Shown in pieces: positions 49,306 through 64,000 of a DNA stretch of 64,000 nucleotides. Position 1 is the first letter of the stretch. Each line of letters starts with the position of its first letter. Under the pieces are notes generated by a model. It made no database searches and was not told the origin of the DNA. It worked only from the letters and a program-made list of their open reading frames with translations. The stretch covers positions 63,398 through 127,397 of the forward strand of contig JBBRRY010000007.1 of the NCBI GenBank assembly GCA_038245905.1, in the 5' to 3' direction. A program made the translations under genes and the position numbers. The DNA is from Thermoanaerobaculia bacterium. GTDB taxonomy: Bacteria > Acidobacteriota > Thermoanaerobaculia > UBA5066.

Positions 49306-49783
49306 CGTGCGGATCGGTCACGGCTTCGATGCGCACCCGCTCGTCGCCGGACGCCCCTGCGTCCTCGGTGGTGTGACGATTCCGTCCGATTCCGGGCCGT
49401 TCGGGCATTCCGACGGCGACGTCGTCCTTCACGCGCTCGCGGACGCGCTCCTCGGGGCAGCGGCGGCGGGCGACCTCGGCTCGGTGTTCGGCACGGACCG
49501 TCCGGAATGGCGGGACGCGCCCGGCGAAGCGCTCCTGCGCCACGTGCGGGAGCTGACCGACCACCCCGCCATCCAGAACGTGGACGTGACGATCCTGGCT
49601 CTGCGCCCGAAGGTCGCCGAATTCCGCGACGCGATGAGGGCGAACATCGCGGCGCTGCTCGGGACCGATCCCGCGCGTGTTTCGGTCAAGGCGTCCTCCG
49701 GCAACGGTCTCACCGATTTCGGCCGCGGGCAGGGCGTCTCGGCGACGGTGCTCGTCCTCGTCGCCGACGAAGCGGCTGAGTGA
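49298..49783 (+). CDS. ispF: 2-C-methyl-D-erythritol 2,4-cyclodiphosphate synthase
   Basis: RIGHGFDAH, LGGV, GHSDGDVVLHALADALLGA, NVDVTI, VSVKA. Confidence 0.93.
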   Translation: MADVRIGHGFDAHPLVAGRPCVLGGVTIPSDSGPFGHSDGDVVLHALADALLGAAAAGDLGSVFGTDRPEWRDAPGEALLRHVRELTDHPAIQNVDVTILALRPKVAEFRDAMRANIAALLGTDPARVSVKASSGNGLTDFGRGQGVSATVLVLVADEAAE

Positions 49784-50511
49784 TCGTCTCCGGCTTCCAT
49801 CCTGTCCGCGAAGTGCTCGAGCGGCGCCCACGTTCCGTCGAGGCGCTCCTCGTACAGCGCGGCCGCAAGGACGCGCGCGCCGGAGAGATCGAGGAGCTCG
49901 CCCGCCAGAAGGGGGTCCCGGTCCGCATCGTCGCGAAGGAAGAGCTCGATCACGTCGCGGGCCGCGCGCACAACGGGGTTGCGGCCCGCGTCGCCGAGCG
50001 CGAGTACGACGACGTCGAGGCCTGTCTCGCGGGGGAGAAGGGGAGCCGCTGCGTCCTTTTCCTCGACGAGGTCGCCGATCCAGGGAATCTCGGAGCAATA
50101 ATCCGCACGGCGGGCGCTGCGGGGGCCTCCGTGGTCCTGACCGAACGGCATTCGGCCGGGCTGAGCGATACCGTTTCGAAGACCTCGGCGGGAGCGCTCG
50201 AGCGTGTGAAGGTCGGCCGCGTCGTCAACGCCGCCCGATTTCTCGGCCAGGCGAAGGAGGCTGGGTTCTGGGTGTACGGAGCCGTGATGGAAGGCGAAAG
50301 TCTTTATGGTGTAGACATTTCCGGGGATGTCGTGCTCTGCCTCGGGTCCGAGGGAGACGGTCTCCGGCGCCTCACGAAGGAATCGTGTGACAGATTGATC
50401 TCGATCCCGATGAGGGACGGCACAGGCTCCCTCAACGTCGCCGTAGCCGCGGGCGTCCTGGCCTACGACTGGGTGAGGCGCCAACGCCACACCGGACCTG
50501 TCCCGGCATGA
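49780..50511 (+). CDS. rlmB: 23S rRNA (G2251-2'-O)-methyltransferase
   Basis: GFHPVRE, HNGV, DPGNLGAIIRTA, KTSAGA, GSEGDG, IPM, SLNVAVA. Confidence 0.92.
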   Translation: MIVSGFHPVREVLERRPRSVEALLVQRGRKDARAGEIEELARQKGVPVRIVAKEELDHVAGRAHNGVAARVAEREYDDVEACLAGEKGSRCVLFLDEVADPGNLGAIIRTAGAAGASVVLTERHSAGLSDTVSKTSAGALERVKVGRVVNAARFLGQAKEAGFWVYGAVMEGESLYGVDISGDVVLCLGSEGDGLRRLTKESCDRLISIPMRDGTGSLNVAVAAGVLAYDWVRRQRHTGPVPA

Positions 50512-50518
50512 AAATGGC

Positions 50519-50548
50519 TTGACGCGATGGGAAGCGGACTGATATAAA
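50519..50548 (+). promoter_or_regulatory. Sigma70 promoter for tRNA-secE-nusG operon
   Basis: TTGACG (50519-50524), 18-nt spacer, extended -10 TGaTATAAA (50540-50548). Confidence 0.55.
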
Positions 50549-50650
50549 CCGCGGTTCGCGCCTTTGCCGAGGTGCGCGAAGCCGTGCCACCGCTTCCCTT
50601 TAGCCTGTTCCGGGTCGCACGGTCGAGTTTTCTTCGGCGGAAACGCGAAT

Positions 50651-50726
50651 GCTGGCGTAGCTCAATGGGTAGAGCAGCCGATTTGTAATCGGCAGGTTGC
50701 GGGTTCGAGTCCCATCGCCAGCTCCA
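50651..50726 (+). tRNA. tRNA-Thr(TGT)
   Basis: Acceptor GCTGGCG/CGCCAGC, anticodon arm GCCGA-TT-TGT-AA-TCGGC, GGTTCGAGTCC, encoded CCA. Confidence 0.97.
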
Positions 50727-50773
50727 CGGTGAGCCTCCGGGGGCGGAGAACGGGATCAACGAAGGACGGGATC

Positions 50774-50861
50774 GGGCAGATGGCCGAGCGGTTAATGGCA
50801 GCAGACTGTAAATCTGCCGCACTCACGTGCTACGGGGGTTCAAATCCCTCTCTGCCCACCA
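50774..50861 (+). tRNA. tRNA-Tyr(GTA)
   Basis: GGGCAGA/TCTGCCC, GCAGA-CT-GTA-AA-TCTGC, long variable arm, GGTTCAAATCC, CCA. Confidence 0.97.
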
Positions 50862-50902
50862 TCTTTCGCGGCGCGAAAGATGTGGGACAGCGATTTTCGC
50901 CG

Positions 50903-50978
50903 GCCCACGTAGCTCAGTTGGTAGAGCACGTCCTTGGTAAGGACGGGGTCAGCAGTTCAAATCTGCTCGTGGGCTCCA
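50903..50978 (+). tRNA. tRNA-Thr(GGT)
   Basis: GCCCACG/CGTGGGC, CGTCC-TT-GGT-AA-GGACG, AGTTCAAATCT, CCA. Confidence 0.97.
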
Positions 50979-50996
50979 TTTGCTCCGATCTTTTTC

Positions 50997-51071
50997 GCGG
51001 GAGTAACTCAGGGGTAGAGTCACAGCCTTCCAAGCTGTTGGTCGCGGGTTCGAATCCCGTCTCCCGCTCCA
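50997..51071 (+). tRNA. tRNA-Gly(TCC)
   Basis: GCGGGAG/CTCCCGC, ACAGC-CT-TCC-AA-GCTGT, GGTTCGAATCC, CCA. Confidence 0.97.
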
Positions 51072-51095
51072 TGCGCAACAACGTGGCTTTCGCAC

Positions 51096-51173
51096 AGGGG
51101 TGTAGCTCCAACTGGCTAGAGCGGCGGTCTCCAAAACCGTAGGTTCGGGGTTCGAATCCCCGCACCCCTGCCA
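51096..51173 (+). tRNA. tRNA-Trp(CCA)
   Basis: AGGGGTG/CACCCCT, GCGGT-CT-CCA-AA-ACCGT, GGTTCGAATCC, CCA; precedes secE. Confidence 0.96.
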
Positions 51174-51224
51174 CGGCCGCACGAAGACGAAGAAACCGAA
51201 CGAACACAAGGACGAACGAAAGAC

Positions 51225-51437
51225 ATGAACCTGAGCGAGCGCTGGAACAACTTCCGCGGATTCCTTTCCGAGGTTCGGAAGGAATCGGGCAAGGTCTCGT
51301 GGCCCGGCCGTGAAGAGGTCGTGGGCACGACCACCGTCGTCATCGTTTATACCGCCCTCGTCGGCGCCTTCCTGTTTCTCGTGGACGCCGCCGTGACGCC
51401 TCTCGTGAACAAGCTCTTCTCGGCCTTCGGCAGCTGA
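51225..51437 (+). CDS. secE: Preprotein translocase subunit SecE
   Basis: FLSEVRKE..KVSWPGREE followed by one TM helix. Confidence 0.95.
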   Translation: MNLSERWNNFRGFLSEVRKESGKVSWPGREEVVGTTTVVIVYTALVGAFLFLVDAAVTPLVNKLFSAFGS

Positions 51438-51457
51438 ACGACAAAGGACGGACACTC

Positions 51458-52042
51458 GTGAGCACCACCGATTCGCAGGACCAGACGACCGCCGCCCCTC
51501 CCGTGGGCGCGCCGATGGACTGGTTCATCGTGCACACGTATTCGGGCTTCGAGGACCGCGTCGTTCTCGAATTGACGAACCGCATCAAGGCCCTCGGCAT
51601 GGAGACCCACTTCGGCGAGATCCGTGTGCCGAAGGAGACGGTCGTCGAGATGAAGGCCGGCAAGCGCCGCAATGTCGAGCGGAAGTTCTTCCCGGGCTAT
51701 GTCCTCGTCCAGATGGAGATGTCCGACGAGACCTGGCACCTCGTGCGCAACACGCCGAAGGTGACGGGGTTCGTGGGGGGCTCCTCCAAGGCGCCCGTGC
51801 CGCTCACGAAGGAAGAGGTCGACTCGATCCTCCACCACTCGGCCGAGTCGAAGGAGAAGCCGAAGCCGCGCTACGTTTACGAGCGGGGCGAGCAGGTCAA
51901 GATCACGGACGGCCCCTTCAAGGAATTCACGGGGCTCGTGGAAGACATCAACCTCGAGCGCTCCACTCTCCGCGTTCTCGTCACCATCTTCGGTCGGCCG
52001 ACGCCGGTCGAGCTCGAATTCGTCCAGGTTCAGAAGCTGTAA
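51458..52042 (+). CDS. nusG: Transcription termination/antitermination factor NusG
   Basis: [56 protein letters not shown]. Confidence 0.97.
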   Translation: MSTTDSQDQTTAAPPVGAPMDWFIVHTYSGFEDRVVLELTNRIKALGMETHFGEIRVPKETVVEMKAGKRRNVERKFFPGYVLVQMEMSDETWHLVRNTPKVTGFVGGSSKAPVPLTKEEVDSILHHSAESKEKPKPRYVYERGEQVKITDGPFKEFTGLVEDINLERSTLRVLVTIFGRPTPVELEFVQVQKL

Positions 52043-52051
52043 GGAACGACG

Positions 52052-52477
52052 ATGGCAAAGAAAGTTACCGGTTTCGTGAAGCTCCAGATCGAGGCGGGCA
52101 AGGCCACACCGGCCCCGCCCGTCGGCACCGCCCTCGGCCCGCAGGGCGTGAACATCATGGACTTCTGCAAGGCCTTCAACGCGAAGACGGCGAAGGACCT
52201 CGGGCTCATCATCCCCGTGGTCGTCACGGTCTACTCCGACCGTTCCTACTCCTTCATCACGAAGACGCCGCCGGCGGCCGTGCTCTTGAAGAAGGCGGCG
52301 AAGCTCGAGAAGGGCTCGGGTGTCCCGAACAAGACGAAGGTCGGGAAAGTCACCAAGAAGCAGGTCGAAGAAATCGCGAAGCTCAAGCTCGTCGACCTGA
52401 ACACCGTCGATCTCGCCGCCGCCGTCAAGACGGTGGAGGGAACGGCCCGATCCATGGGAATCGAGGTCGTCGGCTGA
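52052..52477 (+). CDS. rplK: 50S ribosomal protein L11
   Basis: [42 protein letters not shown]. Confidence 0.98.
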   Translation: MAKKVTGFVKLQIEAGKATPAPPVGTALGPQGVNIMDFCKAFNAKTAKDLGLIIPVVVTVYSDRSYSFITKTPPAAVLLKKAAKLEKGSGVPNKTKVGKVTKKQVEEIAKLKLVDLNTVDLAAAVKTVEGTARSMGIEVVG

Positions 52478-52610
52478 CGCCGCGACCCAGAGGCGGAAGC
52501 CTCCCGCACCGGGCCTCTCCCGGCGCGTGGTTCGACGGTGCCCGGGATGCCTCCCGGGGCTTCTCGCCGGCGGGCCCGAGGGACGTGACCGACTTCGGAG
52601 TACAAACATC

Positions 52611-53321
52611 ATGAGTGGCAAGAAATTCACCGCGGCCGCCGCGAAAGTCGACCAGGCGAAGACCTACGACGTGCCCCAGGCCGTCGCTCTCGTCAAGTCG
52701 GCGGCGTTCGCAAAGTTCAACGAAACGGTCGAGGTGGCGCTGCGCCTCGGCGTCGACCCGAAGCACGCGGACCAGATGGTGCGCGGCACGGTCGTGCTTC
52801 CGCACGGCCTCGGGAAGACGACCCGGGTCGCCGTCGTGGCTTCGGGCGAGAAGATCAAAGAGGCCGAGGCCGCGGGTGCGGACATCGTCGGCGGGGACGA
52901 CCTCGTCGCGAAGATCCAGGCCGGCATGCTCGACTTCGAGGCGCTCGTCGCGACGCCGGACATGATGAAGTCGCTCGGCCGTCTCGGTAAGCTGCTCGGG
53001 CCGCGGGGCCTGATGCCGAACCCGAAGGCCGGCACGGTCACCTTCGACGTCGGCAAGGCCGTCACGGAGCTCAAGGCCGGCAAGATCGAGTTCCGGGTCG
53101 ACAAGACCGCCATCATCCACGTGCCGGTCGGGAAGGTCTCGTTCGGCGAAAAGCAGCTCGTCGAGAACACCGAAGCGCTTCTCTCGGCGGTCCAGAAGGC
53201 CAAGCCCGCCACCGCCAAAGGGAAGTACATGCGCTCGGTCGTCCTCTCGTCGACGATGGGCCCCGGTGTCGCGGTGGATCCCGCGACGGCCGAGAAGCTC
53301 GTCGGGAAGGTGGCGTCATGA
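52611..53321 (+). CDS. rplA: 50S ribosomal protein L1
   Basis: [44 protein letters not shown]. Confidence 0.98.
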   Translation: MSGKKFTAAAAKVDQAKTYDVPQAVALVKSAAFAKFNETVEVALRLGVDPKHADQMVRGTVVLPHGLGKTTRVAVVASGEKIKEAEAAGADIVGGDDLVAKIQAGMLDFEALVATPDMMKSLGRLGKLLGPRGLMPNPKAGTVTFDVGKAVTELKAGKIEFRVDKTAIIHVPVGKVSFGEKQLVENTEALLSAVQKAKPATAKGKYMRSVVLSSTMGPGVAVDPATAEKLVGKVAS

Positions 53322-53878
53322 ACGCTACCGGCACTGTGAACGCAACCCGGACTCTGAAGAACGAAGAAGTCCAGGCGATGGAAACCACGGTCGCGAAGGC
53401 GGCGCACGCGTTTCTCATCGACTACAAGGGGCTCTCGGTTCCCGCCGTCACGGACCTTCGCCGGCAGATCAAGAACGCGAACTCGGACTACGTCGTCGTC
53501 AAGAACACGCTCGCGCTCCGCGCGATCGAAGGCAAGCCCCTCGGATCCCTGAAGGAGCACTTCACCGGGATGACGGGCATCGCCTACAGCACGAAGGACG
53601 TCGTCGCCCTCGCGAAGGTGCTTCACACCTTCGGCAAGACGAACCCGCACCTGAAGGTCAAGGCCGCCCTTCTCGACGGAAAACCCGTCGCCGCGAAGGA
53701 GCTCGAAACCCTGGCCAACCTGCCCTCGCGCATCGAGCTCGTGGGCAGGCTCCTCGGCCTGATGCAGTCGCCGATCCGGCGCCTCGTCACGGTCCTGTCC
53801 GCACCCCATCGCAACATCGCGGCGACGCTCGCGGCGATTTCGCTTCAGAAGTCCAAGTCCTCAGAACACGCGGCCTAA
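53318..53878 (+). CDS. rplJ: 50S ribosomal protein L10
   Basis: DYKGLSV, LRRQ, VVKNTL, LANLPSR; ATGA overlap with rplA (start could be GTG 53336). Confidence 0.95.
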   Translation: MNATGTVNATRTLKNEEVQAMETTVAKAAHAFLIDYKGLSVPAVTDLRRQIKNANSDYVVVKNTLALRAIEGKPLGSLKEHFTGMTGIAYSTKDVVALAKVLHTFGKTNPHLKVKAALLDGKPVAAKELETLANLPSRIELVGRLLGLMQSPIRRLVTVLSAPHRNIAATLAAISLQKSKSSEHAA

Positions 53879-53901
53879 GCCGAAGAATCAGGAGAAGAAT
53901 C

Positions 53902-54282
53902 ATGGCTCTCAACGTCGAAACGTTCGTCAAGGAAATCGAGTCGATGTCCGTCCTCGAGCTCAACGGCCTCGTGAAGGCTCTCGAGGAAAAGTTCGGTGTC
54001 TCCGCCGCCATGATGGCCGCCCCCGCGGCCGCCGCAGGCGCCGCCCCGGCCGCCGCCGCCGCCGAGGAGCAGACCGAGTTCACGGTCGTCCTCAAGGAAG
54101 CCGGCGCAAACAAGATCAACGTCATCAAGGCCGTCCGCGAGGTCAACAGCTCCCTCGGACTAAAGGAAGCGAAGGACCTCGTCGAGAACCTCGGAATGGT
54201 CAAGGAAGGCGTCTCCAAGGACGAGGCTGCCTCGATCAAGAAGAAGTTCGAGGACGCGGGAGCAAAGGTCGAGGTTAAGTAG
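53902..54282 (+). CDS. rplL: 50S ribosomal protein L7/L12
   Basis: [10 protein letters not shown], Ala hinge, [28 protein letters not shown]. Confidence 0.98.
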   Translation: MALNVETFVKEIESMSVLELNGLVKALEEKFGVSAAMMAAPAAAAGAAPAAAAAEEQTEFTVVLKEAGANKINVIKAVREVNSSLGLKEAKDLVENLGMVKEGVSKDEAASIKKKFEDAGAKVEVK

Positions 54283-54296
54283 CCCGGAGGGGGGCC

Positions 54297-54345
54297 CGGG
54301 GGGAACCGAGGATCGGTTCCCCCCGCCTGCAATCTTTTCTCTCTT
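54297..54345 (+). terminator. GC-rich hairpin (possible attenuator) between rplL and rpoB
   Basis: CGGGGGGAACCGA-gga-TCGGTTCCCCCCG; T-rich tract displaced about 9 nt downstream. Confidence 0.5.
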
Positions 54346-54419
54346 CGTCCTTCGCCCACGCTCCCCTCGCGCGCCTCATTCCCCGGCCTGCGCGCGGCCC
54401 TGAGAGGACACAGCACCCC

Positions 54420-58694
<4,275 letters not shown>

Positions 58695-58709
58695 GGAGAA
58701 GAGGAATAC

Positions 58710-62933
<4,224 letters not shown>

Positions 62934-62954
62934 GACTCTCCCCATCGTGGTTTC

Positions 62955-62984
62955 AAGGGCCGGCGCAAGCCGGCCCTTTTCTTT
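62955..62984 (+). terminator. Intrinsic terminator after rpoC (may also serve the convergent vapC)
   Basis: AAGGGCCGGC-GCAA-GCCGGCCCTT followed by TTCTTT. Confidence 0.85.
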
Positions 62985-62988
62985 GTGC

Positions 62989-63417
62989 TTAGACCAGTGG
63001 CAGCGCCGCGATGCCGGCCTTCCGGAGTGCGCCGAGGAGGCGGCCGTCGGCGGTGACGAGAGGAGCGGCGAGCCGCCGCGCGAGCGTCGCGTAGACGGCG
63101 TCGTAGACCGAAAGGCCGTGGTCGAGCGCGAGGTCGAGAGCCTCACCCGCCAGGTCCGCCGACGCGACCGCTTGCAGGGGAAGCGCGCGCAGGATCCCGA
63201 AGGCATCGTGCGCAGTCCCGGCCGCCATCAGGCGTCGGTGGACTCGACTGCGGAAGACGTTCGCACACTCGATAAAGAAGAGCTCCGGTACAGCGAGGGC
63301 GTGTGCGCTCGTGCCCGCGAGAGTGAAGAGGCGCTCGGCCTCCGGCGACCCGTCTTCCTCGAGGAAGAGCTTGACGCCGACGCTCGCGTCGACGACGAAC
63401 GTCTGCGGGAGCGTCAT
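62989..63417 (-). CDS. vapC: PIN-domain (VapC family) toxin
   Basis: FVVDASVGVKLF..E, P.LF..E.AN, SVYDAVY.TLA, LVTADGRL; ATGA overlap with antitoxin. Confidence 0.9.
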   Translation of the reverse strand: MTLPQTFVVDASVGVKLFLEEDGSPEAERLFTLAGTSAHALAVPELFFIECANVFRSRVHRRLMAAGTAHDAFGILRALPLQAVASADLAGEALDLALDHGLSVYDAVYATLARRLAAPLVTADGRLLGALRKAGIAALPLV

Positions 63418-63671
63418 CGATGCTCGCGGGAAAGCCGCCCTTCGCGAAGGAGCGCGAGACCGGTGGGGCGGCGGCGCCCTCCGCCTGAAAGCCGGATCCT
63501 CCGGGCCTCCGAGAGAACCTGCTCCACGGTGAGCGTTGTCGTGACGTCTCGGGCCGTCGCGGAGAGCAGCCGAACGACCTGGGCGTTCAGCGAACGCCCC
63601 TCCGCGCGCGCAAGAGATCGAATCCGGGTGTAGACGTCGTCGGGTACGTCGCGGACGTGGATCGTCGCCAT
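63414..63671 (-). CDS. FitA/VapB-like ribbon-helix-helix antitoxin
   Basis: MATIHVRDVPDDVYTRIRSLARAEGRSLNAQVVRLL; C-terminal LALLREGR. Confidence 0.88.
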   Translation of the reverse strand: MATIHVRDVPDDVYTRIRSLARAEGRSLNAQVVRLLSATARDVTTTLTVEQVLSEARRIRLSGGGRRRPTGLALLREGRLSREHR

Positions 63672-63699
63672 GCTGGGATATTATCGCCATGAAAGCATA

Positions 63700-63720
63700 A
63701 TGCAAGCAATATACTTGCAT
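63700..63720. promoter_or_regulatory. Inverted repeat, probable antitoxin operator
   Basis: ATGCAAG-caatata-CTTGCAT in an AT-rich stretch about 30 nt upstream of the antitoxin ATG. Confidence 0.6.
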
Positions 63721-63763
63721 ACGGATGACGAGGGGCCGCGTCGATCTGTGATCCAAACCCCCA

Positions 63764-64000
63764 CTAGCAGGCTGTTGAAGAAGGGCCTGTTTTCTGGAGA
63801 CGAAGGCGAGAGAAGAGATTCTTAGAGGGAAGAGATTGCCGAGGGCGGCGGTTTCGACCCCTACTTTTCGTCTTGATCCGCCGCTTTCGGGCGAATCCGG
63901 GGCCCCGGACCTTCGGATCAGCCCGTGGCGGCCTGCAGTCGCGCGATGCGCAGAAGGTTGTAGGCGGTCATCACCGAGAGCATGTGGGCTGCCACGCGCC
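63764..64000 (-). mobile_element. End of an IS5-family-like insertion sequence (truncated by window edge)
   Basis: Minus strand ends ...TTCTTCAACAGCCTG followed by CTAG (63764-63767), resembling an IS5-type terminal repeat and target; transposase C-terminus lies upstream. Confidence 0.65.
63918..64000 (-). CDS. DDE transposase C-terminal fragment
   Basis: Manual translation RVAAHMLSVMTAYNLLRIARLQAATG*; AYNL.R is typical of IS5/IS1182-type C-termini. Confidence 0.65.
   Translation of the reverse strand, partial: RVAAHMLSVMTAYNLLRIARLQAATG

Noticed and set aside
50564-51207. ORFs overlapping the tRNA cluster
   Set aside because: Translations of tRNA genes
51180-51224. CGAA-rich low-complexity stretch before secE
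   Set aside because: Likely an unstructured A-rich translation initiation region; no regular repeat unit
52363-52376. GTCGAAGAAATCG in rplK and similar GAAGAAAT matches in dxs and the aminotransferase
   Set aside because: Lack the TTC half and flanks; explained by ordinary Glu/Lys codons, so not counted as motif copies
62947-63633. 228-aa plus-strand ORF after rpoC
   Set aside because: Antisense to the VapBC pair and starts across the terminator

Overview
High-GC bacterial chromosomal core region. An Acidobacteriota, probably Thermoanaerobaculia-like, origin is inferred from the Cys-rich RpoB N-terminal insert, the rplM-rpsI-rpsB-tsf-pyrH-frr order and a 'LPAxAHxxGANGS' secreted module. In order it carries: 'pyrE, a methyltransferase, an SGNH hydrolase and dxs; a lower-GC two-gene insert (S8 protease plus secreted protein); a CDF transporter, two Zn-dehydrogenases, tlyA-nadK-tamB-tamA/bamA, a hypothetical gene, ribBA, a CARDB protein and a GT2 glycosyltransferase; a molybdenum-cofactor cluster (mobA-moaC-moaA-mog) running into SpoIID and a NamZ(DUF1343)-MobB fusion; qor, HAD, a class V aminotransferase, serA, ddl, rlpA, purB, a 54-aa Zn-ribbon gene, arcA-argF, an SH3-TonB lipoprotein, an FHA-GAF-cyclase, rdgB, coaE and folD; the rplM-to-frr cluster, ispDF, rlmB, five tRNAs and secE-nusG-rplKAJL-rpoBC; a VapBC-type TA pair and the end of an IS5-like element. 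The most striking unexplained signal is a dispersed, oriented motif (about ACC-TTC-N-AAGAA-ATCCC plus a pyrimidine tail) seen by eye about 12 times. It lies mostly inside weakly constrained coding segments and often in inverted pairs. Other highlights are the NamZ-MobB fusion, a frameshift at the start of the S8 protease, three apparent CTG starts coupled as CTGA, many apparently leaderless genes, and a tRNA-secE cluster lacking tuf and rpmG. All calls come from reading the sequence; no searches were run.
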